Shown one piece after another: positions 46,300 to 55,761 of a stretch of 64,000 nucleotides of DNA. Every line of letters begins with the position of its first letter. Positions within the stretch are counted from its first letter, which is position 1. The DNA comes from a candidate division FCPU426 bacterium (GTDB taxonomy: Bacteria; Oederibacteriota; Muellerivitia; Muellerivitales; Muellerivitaceae). Below the pieces are notes generated by a model that did no database searches, was not told the DNA's origin, and saw only the letters and a program-made list of their open reading frames with translations. Location: assembly GCA_963719085.1 (NCBI GenBank), contig CAVRAL010000001.1, forward strand, positions 192,001-256,000, given 5' to 3'. Both the position numbers and the translations under genes were made by a program.

Positions 46300-46460
46300 C
46301 AACCCTTGCCGACTTTTTGCCCGAAGCTTTTTCATCCGACTTCGCAGAAAAACCTGCATATAAGTAGAAACGCATAGAAAGCTACGCCGGATGTCGCAGG
46401 AAGAGAACGTGAGGATGCCCGGCATAGCGTAGCGAAGACGGGCAACGGGTACCATGGTCT

Positions 46461-46489
46461 TTGCCGCGCAGCTCCATCTGTGCCATAAT
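46461..46489 (+). promoter_or_regulatory. Sigma70-type promoter upstream of the histidine kinase
   Basis: TTGCCG-N17-CATAAT with TG at the extended -10 position. Confidence 0.5.
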
Positions 46490-46530
46490 CGATTTTGAAA
46501 TTAATCCATTCCGGCCGGTGAGAGTGACTC

Positions 46531-47661
46531 TTGGATCGTTTGACCGTATTTCAAGATTTGTTGGACAGTATGCCGTCCGGTCCGTCGCGGCAGGCCGCTG
46601 ATTTTTCTTCCGCTGAGAAAATTCTCCAAAACCACTTGGGCTTGTCCCAGGTCCATTTTTTCAAGGCCCATCCGGAAGGATTGGCCTCCCATTCTGAAAG
46701 CGCTTTGAAGCGACTTTGGATTCCCCTCTCGAGCGCCCCTTACCGGCATTTGATGAAGACCCGTAAGAGCTGGGAAAGCCAACCGGCCCGGGGGGATTGG
46801 GCCCTGCTGGTTCCGGTCCTTTCCGGCGACAGGCTTTTGGGCGCCATTGGTTTGGGCCCCAAGAAAAACAAAAAGCCTTTTTCCCGGGACGAGAAGGCTT
46901 TTTTAGGACTGGTCGCTTTTTTCCTGCGGGAACCCTTGGAAGCCCAAGCTCTTTGGACCCAAGTGGGCCGGCTCAACCGCCAGGCGGCCTTGGGGTTCGT
47001 TTCCGGCATGCTGGCCCACGAGATTCGAAACCCCCTGACCGCGCTTCAAACTTTGCTTCAATTGTTTCCCCAAAAATCCGGGGATGAAAAGTTCCGGATG
47101 GATTTTCAACGGATCGTACTGGGCGAGGTGGAGCGGCTCCAGTATCTCTCGGAAAATTATCTCTCCTGGCTCAAGGCCGAACCCGCGCAAGAACAGGTTC
47201 TTGACCTCAATCCGGTGGCGGCCCGGGCGGTCGAGTTTTTAAAACCGCTCTTTAAGGCCAAGGGCGCCGAAATTTTGTTGAAGACCCAGGGGCCGGTTTG
47301 GATCCGGGCCGGGGCTTTTCAATTGGAAAGCCTTCTTTTGAATTTGGCTCAGAACGCCTATCACGCTTTGCCTGAGAAAAAAGGAAAGGTCGCGATCGCC
47401 GTCGGCCGCTCGGTCCGGGTCAAGGGGCGGCCGGGCGCCTGGGCGGAGATTCAGGTTTCGGATAATGGCCGGGGAATTCCGAAAGCGAATTTGAAAAAAA
47501 TATTCGATCCCTTTTTCACCACCCGGCCGGACAGCGCCGGATTGGGGCTCCTGATTTGCCGGCAGATCGTGGAAATGTTCCAGGGATTTTTGACCGTCGC
47601 CAGCCGGCCGCGGGGAAAGACCGCGTTTAAGGCCTATTTTCCCTTGATTTCCAAGCCTTAA
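46531..47661 (+). CDS. Cytoplasmic sensor histidine kinase (GAF-like + HisKA + HATPase)
   Basis: AHEIRNPL H-box, NLAQNA N-box, DNGRG G1, FDPFFTT F-box, AGLGL G2. Confidence 0.9.
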   Translation: MDRLTVFQDLLDSMPSGPSRQAADFSSAEKILQNHLGLSQVHFFKAHPEGLASHSESALKRLWIPLSSAPYRHLMKTRKSWESQPARGDWALLVPVLSGDRLLGAIGLGPKKNKKPFSRDEKAFLGLVAFFLREPLEAQALWTQVGRLNRQAALGFVSGMLAHEIRNPLTALQTLLQLFPQKSGDEKFRMDFQRIVLGEVERLQYLSENYLSWLKAEPAQEQVLDLNPVAARAVEFLKPLFKAKGAEILLKTQGPVWIRAGAFQLESLLLNLAQNAYHALPEKKGKVAIAVGRSVRVKGRPGAWAEIQVSDNGRGIPKANLKKIFDPFFTTRPDSAGLGLLICRQIVEMFQGFLTVASRPRGKTAFKAYFPLISKP

Positions 47662-47725
47662 ATCAAAGCACAATTCCCCATGCAATTTATCCCGATTTCT
47701 GATAATTTATTGGTCAGATTGTGGG

Positions 47726-48313
47726 ATGGAGGCGCGTATGAAAAAAGAACTTCGATTCCTCATTTTGGAAGATGACGCGGGCTTCCGCAAAATGTTGGAA
47801 GGCGTTTGCGCCGAATTGGGCAAGGTCACCGCTGTTTCCGACGCCGAGGCCGCTTCCAAGCTTTTGACCCAACACACCTTTGATGTGCTTCTGCTTGATT
47901 GGCACTTGAACTCGGACGATTTCAACCGCCGGTTGACCCGGTTTCAGTCCAACGCCTCCCGGATCGCGCTTTTCACCATTCCGAGCTTGGAAGACGTGGT
48001 TCGGGCCATGAAAATGGGCGCCGCGGACGTTTTTTGGACCACGCAGGAGCCCCGGGTTTTAATTGAAAAAATCAAGAATTGCCTGCGAAACACCAAAAGT
48101 TCCAATCCGTTCAAACACGCTTTTGTTTCCGAATTGGCCGAATCGCTCAGTGAAAAGGCCTTTTTGCAGGAGCTATCCCTTTTCCGGGCCCGCAAAGAAT
48201 TTTCCAAAACCTTCATCCAATATCTGTTGGATCAGCCCAATATCCAGAGGGATCGGCTGGCGGGCTTAATGAATGTGAGCCTTCGAACCCTTCATCGCTA
48301 CCTATCGGTTTGA
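47726..48313 (+). CDS. Atypical response regulator (REC + Fis-like HTH, no AAA domain)
   Basis: LEDD, LLD, AMKMGA; C-terminal LAGLMNVSLRTLHR HTH; conserved receiver Lys not evident. Confidence 0.8.
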   Translation: MEARMKKELRFLILEDDAGFRKMLEGVCAELGKVTAVSDAEAASKLLTQHTFDVLLLDWHLNSDDFNRRLTRFQSNASRIALFTIPSLEDVVRAMKMGAADVFWTTQEPRVLIEKIKNCLRNTKSSNPFKHAFVSELAESLSEKAFLQELSLFRARKEFSKTFIQYLLDQPNIQRDRLAGLMNVSLRTLHRYLSV

Positions 48314-48438
48314 CCTTTTGGCCCCCGAAGGGGAGTCAAAAGGCCCTAAAATAAGGGAAAAGAGCCAAAAAGTCCTTGCCAAGACCCCGGCGCTTTTGTA
48401 AGAATACCATCTGGATGCACTAATCCAGGAGGTGGACG

Positions 48439-48714
48439 TTGACTAAGAGCGAATTGCTGGGAAGTTTAGCCAATGACACGGGTTTGAAGAAAAAAGACGT
48501 GGATAACGTTTTGCAGGCTTTGCGTAACACGATTTACAAAACCTTAAAGACCGAACACAAGATCAAGCTCGACGGTTTGGGCGTGTTTCAATTGAAAGAC
48601 CGTAAAGCCCGCCAAGCGCGGAATCCTCGCACGGGCGAGATGGTCAATGTGCCGGCTAAGAAAGTCGTTAAATTCCGTGTTTTGAAAGATTTGAAAGAAG
48701 CCGTTTTATCATAA
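48439..48714 (+). CDS. hup: HU family DNA-binding protein
   Basis: MTKSEL, GLGVF, ARNPRTGE; SD AGGAGG. Confidence 0.95.
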   Translation: MTKSELLGSLANDTGLKKKDVDNVLQALRNTIYKTLKTEHKIKLDGLGVFQLKDRKARQARNPRTGEMVNVPAKKVVKFRVLKDLKEAVLS

Positions 48715-48737
48715 TCCAGGCTTTTTGAAGCTTTTCC

Positions 48738-48774
48738 AAGCATCCTGTCAAATTGGCAGGGTGCTTTTTTATTT
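48738..48774 (+). terminator. Rho-independent terminator after hup
   Basis: aagcatcctgtcaa...ttggcagggtgctt hairpin followed by a T-tract. Confidence 0.8.
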
Positions 48775-48786
48775 CCCGCCCTTCGA

Positions 48787-51084
48787 TTGAGGAGAATTCT
48801 TCCATTGAGAAAATCTTTTTTCAAATTCGGCCTTGGAAGCCGGGGAAACCTCATGATGATTTTGTTTTCCGGTTGGTTCCTTTTTGTTTTTATCCGTTAT
48901 TTTCAAGATATCCCCAATCCCTTCGCCGTGATTTTTGCCCAGCTTCATTTAGGCCGTTTTGGGCCTTCGGGATGGGCACAACCTTTGGGGGTGGAGACGG
49001 AGTCCTTCATCGCGTTCGCGGTATTCTTCTTGGCGATCCTCAACAGCTGGTGGTTGGGCTCGGTGGTTTGGGAATGGTTAGGGCCGGACAAACAAAGGGG
49101 TTTTGTCCCTTGGGCTTTTGAGCTGGGGTTGGGCGCCTTGGCCTCCAGTCTTTTTTGGATGGGGACGGGTCTCAATCGTTTGTGGTTCCCTTATTTATTG
49201 GCGGCTTTGGGGATTCTAGCCCTAGGGCCCGCTTGGATGAAACTCAAAAGCCGGATGGTCCAATTTCCGAGGACGCTTGCGCGGCCATGGGCGGGTCCGC
49301 CCATGGGCTGGATCCTGACTGGCTTCGTGGGAGTGGCTTTTTTATACGGAGCTTGGGGCTTCCTCCAATGCTTTTTACCCGAAACCTTTTACGATTCGCT
49401 CAACTACTTTTTGGGCGTTCCCCAATATTGGATTTTTAAACATGGGATTACGGATGAGCCGGGCCATATCCTGGCCAGCTACTTTCATGGCGGAACCCTT
49501 TATTTTATGGATGGCTTTTATTTTGGCGGGACCGAGGCGGCCAAATTTTTAAGTTTCGGCGCCGGTTTCTTAAGCGCGCTTTTCGTGGGGGCATGGGTGA
49601 AGGAAGAAGCCGGGGCCAATGCCGGATGGGCCGCCTTTGCCCTTACCGCCACTTTCCCGCTTCTTTTTCTAAACGGATGGGCGACCAGGGTGGACGGCCT
49701 TTTAACCTTTTGCCTGCTTTTGTTCTTTTACGCTTGCCGGCGTTTTTTAAAGGAAACGAGGCCGCGGTTTTTTAAGTCCTGGGGCCTATTGGCGGCGCTG
49801 TTGGCGGGATTCGCCATGACGATTAAGCCGACCGCGGCGGTGGGCGTCGCGGCGATTTTTTTTGTTTCCCTCGGTGACCTTCGCCGGATCAAGGCGAAGG
49901 GCTTTGGAATTTGGATGGCGCTTTTGGGCGTCAGCTTGGCCTTGGTGGCGCCTTGGTTTTTAAAGAACGCCCTCTTTACGGGGAATCCTTTTTTCCCTTA
50001 CGCTTTTTCCTTTATGGGCGGCCGGTCCTTTTTCGCCCCTGGCGGCGCCGCGCGCCTTCTTTACGAAAACCAGCAGTTTCTCGCGTTGGGCCCCGATTTG
50101 AAAAATTGGGTTACTTTTCCTTGGCGGCTTTTGATGCCGGGCTCCGGCGGCAATGGACAATTTATGGGGCCTTTGATCTTGGCCTTTCTGCCCCTGTGCC
50201 TGCCGTTGCTCTTCAAAAAAGGCGAACCGCGATTTTGGGCCGCGACAGCCTTGGTTTACTTGGGGATCGGGTTGTGTCTTTCCCACATGCTTCGGTTTGT
50301 CCTGCCCGCCTTCGCCCTTTTATTCATGGCCTGGGCCGGGTGGGCCGCGCGGGAGAAAGGTTTTTTCGAGAAATCCGTGGCGATTTGGGGATTGGCGGCC
50401 GCCCTTTTGGGGCTGCCTTATTTTTTAGACACCAGCGCCCGTTATTTTGACGGCTGGGGCGTTTGGACGGGCTTGGAAACTAGAAGCCAATACCTGGCCC
50501 GAATGGTCCAAAACCCCTATGAGGACCTGGTGGAATGGACCGACGCTCATTTAGCCCCGGACGCCCGAGTGCTTCTGGTGGGGGATACCCGGGGACTTTA
50601 TTACCGCCGGGATTTTTTGGCGAACTCCGCTTTTGACGAACCCGCGTTGGAAATGATCGCCCGGACTTCGGCCACGCCCGGGGAAATCGCCGAGAAAGTC
50701 AAACGCCTCGGGGTGAGCGACGCTGTCGTGAATATCCCGGAAGGCATCCGGATTTCAGAGGACTACCATCTTTATGAGTTGACGCCCCAGGAATGGGACC
50801 GGCTTAACCGTTATTTGGCGCTCTATTGGAAACCGCTTTATTTCAACCATTTCCGAGCGGTTTACGCGGTTGAGGCTAAGCCGGCGCCGGCGGGTTCGTC
50901 AGTCCTCGGGCCTTTGAATCCTTTTTCTTTTTTCGCGCCGCCCGCCTATGATTTTAGCCGGGCCATGGAGGCTGGAAATTTACCGGCCGCCTTGGCGGCG
51001 GCCAATGCCCAAACCGTTCTTTTTCCCGGGGATCCCTTTTGGGCGGGAAAAAAAGTCTCGGTACTTTCCCGAAAAGGATATTGA
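48787..51084 (+). CDS. Polytopic GT-C-fold glycosyltransferase-like membrane protein (paralogue 1)
   Basis: PETFYDSLNY loop acidic motif, KPTA, PWFLKN..TGNPFFP, LRF, GDTRGLY; many TMs. Start uncertain. Confidence 0.7.
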   Translation: MRRILPLRKSFFKFGLGSRGNLMMILFSGWFLFVFIRYFQDIPNPFAVIFAQLHLGRFGPSGWAQPLGVETESFIAFAVFFLAILNSWWLGSVVWEWLGPDKQRGFVPWAFELGLGALASSLFWMGTGLNRLWFPYLLAALGILALGPAWMKLKSRMVQFPRTLARPWAGPPMGWILTGFVGVAFLYGAWGFLQCFLPETFYDSLNYFLGVPQYWIFKHGITDEPGHILASYFHGGTLYFMDGFYFGGTEAAKFLSFGAGFLSALFVGAWVKEEAGANAGWAAFALTATFPLLFLNGWATRVDGLLTFCLLLFFYACRRFLKETRPRFFKSWGLLAALLAGFAMTIKPTAAVGVAAIFFVSLGDLRRIKAKGFGIWMALLGVSLALVAPWFLKNALFTGNPFFPYAFSFMGGRSFFAPGGAARLLYENQQFLALGPDLKNWVTFPWRLLMPGSGGNGQFMGPLILAFLPLCLPLLFKKGEPRFWAATALVYLGIGLCLSHMLRFVLPAFALLFMAWAGWAAREKGFFEKSVAIWGLAAALLGLPYFLDTSARYFDGWGVWTGLETRSQYLARMVQNPYEDLVEWTDAHLAPDARVLLVGDTRGLYYRRDFLANSAFDEPALEMIARTSATPGEIAEKVKRLGVSDAVVNIPEGIRISEDYHLYELTPQEWDRLNRYLALYWKPLYFNHFRAVYAVEAKPAPAGSSVLGPLNPFSFFAPPAYDFSRAMEAGNLPAALAAANAQTVLFPGDPFWAGKKVSVLSRKGY

Positions 51085-51087
51085 TCA

Positions 51088-53484
51088 ATGAAGGATGAGA
51101 GTGAGAAGTCACCGTCGCCGGCGGGAGCCCGGCCGGCCTGGATTTTGATTTTTCCCTTGGGTTGGGCCCTTGTCGTTTTTTTTAAATACTTCCATTATTT
51201 TGGTCTTTATCTGCCTAATGGGCCGCGCCTTTTCAGCGCCGCCCCATGGCCCGAGGCGGAATTCGCCGGCCGGTTGCTGATATGGGGCCAATCGCTTTGG
51301 ATCTTATTTTGCGCCGCCGCTTTGATGGGGGTGATCCTCGCTTGGGGAAGCCGGTCGCGGCGGTGGTTGGGGCTTGGGGTGGAAGATCCTTGGATGCGGG
51401 CCGCCTTGAATTTTGGTTTTGGCATTTTGGGGTTTGATCTTTTATGGCTGGGAACCGGGCTTGCCCATTTGTGGTGGACCCCGCTGTTGGCGGTGGTATT
51501 GGCGGCCGCCGCGGGGGTCGCTCTTTGGGACTGCGCCCGCGCGGCGCGGGAAAGGAGCTTTTCTTTCCCGGTTTTTTGGCCCCGGGGGCAGTGGGCTCTC
51601 GCGGGAATCGCCTTCGTTTATCTGGCGCTGGTCTGGGGTCATGGCCTGGCCCCCGAGACTTTTTATGATTCGATGGTTTATCACTTGGCGGTCCCTTCGG
51701 ATTGGCTGTTGCGGCATCAAATAACCGACAATCCCGCGAACTTTTTTTCCAACTATCCTTATGGCGCCGAGCTCTTTTTTTTAAACGGCCTTTTCGTTCA
51801 AGGGACGGAGACGGCCAAGTGCCTGCACGCGGGGGCCTTCCTCTTTTGCGCCCTGGCGGCCGGGGGGTGGGCCCGGGAAATCGCGGGGCCCCAAGCCGGA
51901 TGGCTCACCCTGGGGATGGCGCTTACCCTGCCGCTTCTGGCCTTGAACGCCTCCACAACCCAGGTCGAAGGCGTATTGTCCCTCTTCACCGTCCTTTTTC
52001 TTTACGCGCTTTGGAAAGCGTTCAGCGGGAAAACCACGGAAGCGGGATGGGTTTGGGCCTTCGGTCTTTTGGCGGGAGCCGGTCTTTCGGTTAAGTACAC
52101 GGCCGCGGTGGGTCTTTTGGGAGGGCTGCTGGGGCTGGGCCGGGGAGCTTTTCAAAAATCAAAATTGACCGCTTGGTTTTGGGCCGGGGCGGGCGCGCTC
52201 CTGGTTTTGGGCCCTTGGCTAGTTAAAAATTTCTGTTTTACCGGCAATCCGTTTTTTCCTTATCTCGCCCATTGGCTCGGGGAAAACCGGCTTTCGGACG
52301 GGGGATACGCCAGGCTTTTGGCCGAACAGCGGGCCTTCGACATCGTCCATGGATGGTCCTGGTTGACCCTGCCTTGGCGGCTGATTATGTCCAATCCGGA
52401 TGGCTACAATTTCGCCGGGCCCTTGGGCCTGGCGCTTTTGCCCGCCCTTTTTTTCAAGCAGTTCAAGGATCCGGTCCTTGGTTTTTGGGCCAGGTCCACC
52501 GGGTTTTATTTCGCGGCCGGTCTCTTGATCACCCACATCCTTCGTTTTATGGCGCCCGCCTTCATCGTGTTTTATATTTTAGCCGGCGCTTTTTTCGCCG
52601 GCGCCGGAAGGGGCTGGGCGCGGACTTTAAGTTGGGGGGCGGCCCTTTGCGCTTTTCTTTGTTTTTTTTATTTGGCCTCCATCAGCGTCTTTTACTACGC
52701 TTGCGGGGGGATTTGGTGGGGGAAGCAGACGCGCGCGGATTATCTTCAAGGACCGGGAAAGATCACCCCTTACGCTTCCATGGCGGATTGGGTTTCTAAA
52801 AACCTGCCGCCGGAGTCCCGGCTTTTAATCGTGGGGGACGCCCGGGGGCTTTATTACGACCGGCCTTTTTTGGCCAATTCGGTTTTTGACACCCAGGTTT
52901 TGGCCCGGGCGGCCGAAGCGCAAAAAGACGCGCCCGGCATCCGGTTGGCGCTTTTGAAACTGGGCGTGACCCATTTGGCGGTCAACGGCCCGGAAGGGGT
53001 GCGGGTTTCGTCCGATTATCACCATTACGATTTGACCCCGGAAGCTTGGGCGAGGCTGGACGATTTTTTCAAGACCCAAACCACGCTGATTTACGACCGG
53101 AAATTCCAGAGCGTCTATGCTTTAAGGCCGCCGGCGGCCATGCCGAACGTCGAGCCCATGCCGATCCTGTTTTTTACCGCCCCGGGCAAGAGCTTTATTG
53201 AGGACTACCAGCGTCAAAATTGGGCGGCGGCGGATCAGGCGCTGGACCAGGCGCTGGCGCTTTACCCGGCTTGTGTTTTTTGGTGGGAACAAAAGGCCGT
53301 GGTCGCGTCCCGATTGGGCAAGAATCCCGAGTCCGAAAAGCTTTTTGAAAAGGCGGCCGGAATGGGCGATTTAACCCCGGAAGGCTATCAACAATGGGCC
53401 CAAAACGCCGAGGCAGGGGGTTGGGGGACAAAAGCTTCGAGGATTTTGGCGCGGGGCCGCAAGCTTTATCCCGGACAGTTTTAA
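51088..53484 (+). CDS. Polytopic GT-C-fold glycosyltransferase-like membrane protein (paralogue 2) with C-terminal TPR-like helices
   Basis: PETFYDSMVYHL, KYTA, PWLVKN..TGNPFFP, GDARGLY; colinear with the upstream paralogue. Confidence 0.72.
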   Translation: MKDESEKSPSPAGARPAWILIFPLGWALVVFFKYFHYFGLYLPNGPRLFSAAPWPEAEFAGRLLIWGQSLWILFCAAALMGVILAWGSRSRRWLGLGVEDPWMRAALNFGFGILGFDLLWLGTGLAHLWWTPLLAVVLAAAAGVALWDCARAARERSFSFPVFWPRGQWALAGIAFVYLALVWGHGLAPETFYDSMVYHLAVPSDWLLRHQITDNPANFFSNYPYGAELFFLNGLFVQGTETAKCLHAGAFLFCALAAGGWAREIAGPQAGWLTLGMALTLPLLALNASTTQVEGVLSLFTVLFLYALWKAFSGKTTEAGWVWAFGLLAGAGLSVKYTAAVGLLGGLLGLGRGAFQKSKLTAWFWAGAGALLVLGPWLVKNFCFTGNPFFPYLAHWLGENRLSDGGYARLLAEQRAFDIVHGWSWLTLPWRLIMSNPDGYNFAGPLGLALLPALFFKQFKDPVLGFWARSTGFYFAAGLLITHILRFMAPAFIVFYILAGAFFAGAGRGWARTLSWGAALCAFLCFFYLASISVFYYACGGIWWGKQTRADYLQGPGKITPYASMADWVSKNLPPESRLLIVGDARGLYYDRPFLANSVFDTQVLARAAEAQKDAPGIRLALLKLGVTHLAVNGPEGVRVSSDYHHYDLTPEAWARLDDFFKTQTTLIYDRKFQSVYALRPPAAMPNVEPMPILFFTAPGKSFIEDYQRQNWAAADQALDQALALYPACVFWWEQKAVVASRLGKNPESEKLFEKAAGMGDLTPEGYQQWAQNAEAGGWGTKASRILARGRKLYPGQF

Positions 53485-53507
53485 TCTTAAAGACGGTAAC
53501 AAAACAT

Positions 53508-53632
53508 TTTTTCACCGCCAAGACGCCAAGGACGCCAAAAACAAAGAAAGACTAGAAATCCGGCAAAAGGTTTTAAAATCCCCGCTTTTGTTTTTGTTTT
53601 TCTTGGCGAACTTGGCGTCTTGGCGGTAAAAA
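53508..53632. repeat. CCAAG/CTTGG palindromic element
   Basis: ttcaccgccaagacgccaaggacgccaa ... cttggcgaacttggcgtcttggcggtaaaa. Confidence 0.88.
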
Positions 53633-53697
53633 TTGACGTTAATTTTATTTCTGTTGTCGGTTCTTAATATTTCCAAAAAAGATTCAGAGAGGCTTTC

Positions 53698-55608
53698 ATG
53701 ACGGACCGGTTCTCTAAAATCGCGATGGGCCTGCTTTTGATTTGGGTCCCCTTGGCCTATTACTACCGGGCCGTGGACGGCTTTACCTTGCCCAAGGAAT
53801 TGGTCGGCTTGCTGGCCCTGGTATTTTTAGGCGGGCTTTTGCTGTTCTCGGGCGCCCCGGGCCTTGGACGGTTATCCTTGCTTTGGCTCGCGGGCTTATT
53901 TTTGCTTTGGATGACCGGGGATTCGTTGGCGGTGGGTTTGGTGAAGACGGAGGCGCTGAAGGGCTTAATCCACTTCGTCTTGATCGTGGGAACGCTTTGG
54001 AGCGCGGTATTTCTGTGCGCCCGGGGCCTTTCCTATGAGCGGCTGCTCCACTATGCCCTGGGAGCGGGAGTTTTCATGGCCCTCTATGGAATTATCCAAA
54101 CCATGGGCGGTGATCCCACCCAATGGACCACGCGCTTTTCCAGCCGGGCCTTTTCCACCCTGGGGAATCCGGATTATCTGGGCGGGCATCTGGCGGCCTT
54201 GATTCCCTTGGCGGCGGTTTTAACTTTACGCTCCGAAAATCGGCGGGCTTGGCTTTCTTACCGGTTGATAACCGTTATATTCCTGGCCTGCCTTTTGATG
54301 ACCAAGGTCCGGGGGGCGGAAATCGCGGTAGCGGGGGCCTTTTTCTTTATCGCGTTTTTCTTTTTTAGGCCTTGGGGGCGGGACCTCTATACCCAGAACC
54401 GTAAAGTCATTTTAGGCTTTTTGGGAATTGTGTTGATCCTGGGCTGTATTGGGGTGATTTGGAAGGGAAATCTTTCTTTCGTGAGCCAATCCCGGGTCTC
54501 CGTCGACCAGCGGGTCGCCATTTATAAAACGGCTTGGCAGATAATCCGTGAAAATCCTTTGCTGGGGATCGGCGCGGGCCAAGTGGGCATGGTTTATCCG
54601 GCGTACCAATTTAAACCTTACACCCCTTCGGATTATTCCAACCATCCCTATGTCTATACCGAGCATATTCACAACGAGTTCCTGCAATTTTGGGCCGAAG
54701 GGGGCTTGATCGGGCTTTTGTTGTTTATCGCGGTATTGGCCGCTTACGCGATGGCGCTTCGAAAAACATTGGCGCTGTCCTCCGTCTCCTCCAAAGACCG
54801 GGAGTTGTTGTTGGGCGTGTCAGCGGGTCTGATCGCGCTTTTGGTCCAGGCGCTGAGCAATTTTCCTTTTCAAATCGCCCCCACGGCTGTTTTATTCGGA
54901 TTGTTTTTAGCCGCGCCCTTGGCTTTGAGGCCCGGGCCGGTTCCGGACCAGCCCTTTAGACTTTCGGGACTTCAATGGGCGGTGGTGGGTTTGGCGCTTT
55001 TCGGGATGGCCGGCGTGGGTCTTCGCATGGTGGGCGCTTCCATCGCCTATCGAAATACCGCCGGGGAAATCGGATTGGGGAACCATGATAAGGCGGTTTA
55101 TTACGGCGGGCGGTTGGTGGGTTTGTCGCCCCAAAATCCCAAGGATTGGAATGTGGATGGGCAGGCGCTGGAGCTGGGAGGACAAAACGACGCCGCGCTT
55201 CAAGCCTTTCAAAAGTCCTTGGACTTGAACCCGGATTACGTTGAGAACCTCATGGCGATGGCGGACTTGAAAGCCAAGGCCGGTCAACTGCCCGAATCCT
55301 TAGGGCTGGCCCAAAGGGCTTTGGCCGTGACGCCGAATTTTGTGGGCCCGCTTTGGGTTCAGGCCTATTGCCAATACCAGTTAAAGCAATATCCCCAAGC
55401 CGCCGCCAGCTTCCAACAATTTCTGGGTTACGCGCCCCAAAGCCCGGATGCTTGGACGGGACTGGGGGTCTGCGACATCCACTTGGGTAAAAAAGCCGAC
55501 GCCATTCAGGCTTGGCGCAAGGCCCATCAATTGGCGCCGGATAACGCCCAAGTCATCCAGTTTTTAAAAGGCGCCGGCGACTCCGCTTTTTTGAAAAACC
55601 CTTCTTGA
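53698..55608 (+). CDS. O-antigen ligase/Wzy_C-family membrane protein with C-terminal TPR repeats
   Basis: STLGNPD, TKVRG, R..IY, PLLGIGAG, HIHNEFLQ..EGGLIG; TPR-like tail. Confidence 0.85.
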   Translation: MTDRFSKIAMGLLLIWVPLAYYYRAVDGFTLPKELVGLLALVFLGGLLLFSGAPGLGRLSLLWLAGLFLLWMTGDSLAVGLVKTEALKGLIHFVLIVGTLWSAVFLCARGLSYERLLHYALGAGVFMALYGIIQTMGGDPTQWTTRFSSRAFSTLGNPDYLGGHLAALIPLAAVLTLRSENRRAWLSYRLITVIFLACLLMTKVRGAEIAVAGAFFFIAFFFFRPWGRDLYTQNRKVILGFLGIVLILGCIGVIWKGNLSFVSQSRVSVDQRVAIYKTAWQIIRENPLLGIGAGQVGMVYPAYQFKPYTPSDYSNHPYVYTEHIHNEFLQFWAEGGLIGLLLFIAVLAAYAMALRKTLALSSVSSKDRELLLGVSAGLIALLVQALSNFPFQIAPTAVLFGLFLAAPLALRPGPVPDQPFRLSGLQWAVVGLALFGMAGVGLRMVGASIAYRNTAGEIGLGNHDKAVYYGGRLVGLSPQNPKDWNVDGQALELGGQNDAALQAFQKSLDLNPDYVENLMAMADLKAKAGQLPESLGLAQRALAVTPNFVGPLWVQAYCQYQLKQYPQAAASFQQFLGYAPQSPDAWTGLGVCDIHLGKKADAIQAWRKAHQLAPDNAQVIQFLKGAGDSAFLKNPS

Positions 55609-55761
55609 AATAAGCTTATTTTCTCCCCAATTTAAAGCCAGGAGCCGGGCACCCCCTAAGCGCCTGGAATCTCTGTATTTCCCGTTAAAGCGGTGCTAAA
55701 TTGTTTTGTAGGAAAGGGTGTTTTTCGGCTTTGGCCGGGGAACACTAGTAAAGGGTGCGCC

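Noticed and set aside
46471..46485. Minus-strand sigma54 promoter TGGCAC-N-GAGC
   Set aside because: The -12 element is poor, and the same bases fit a sigma70 promoter (TTGCCG-N17-CATAAT) for the kinase on the + strand.
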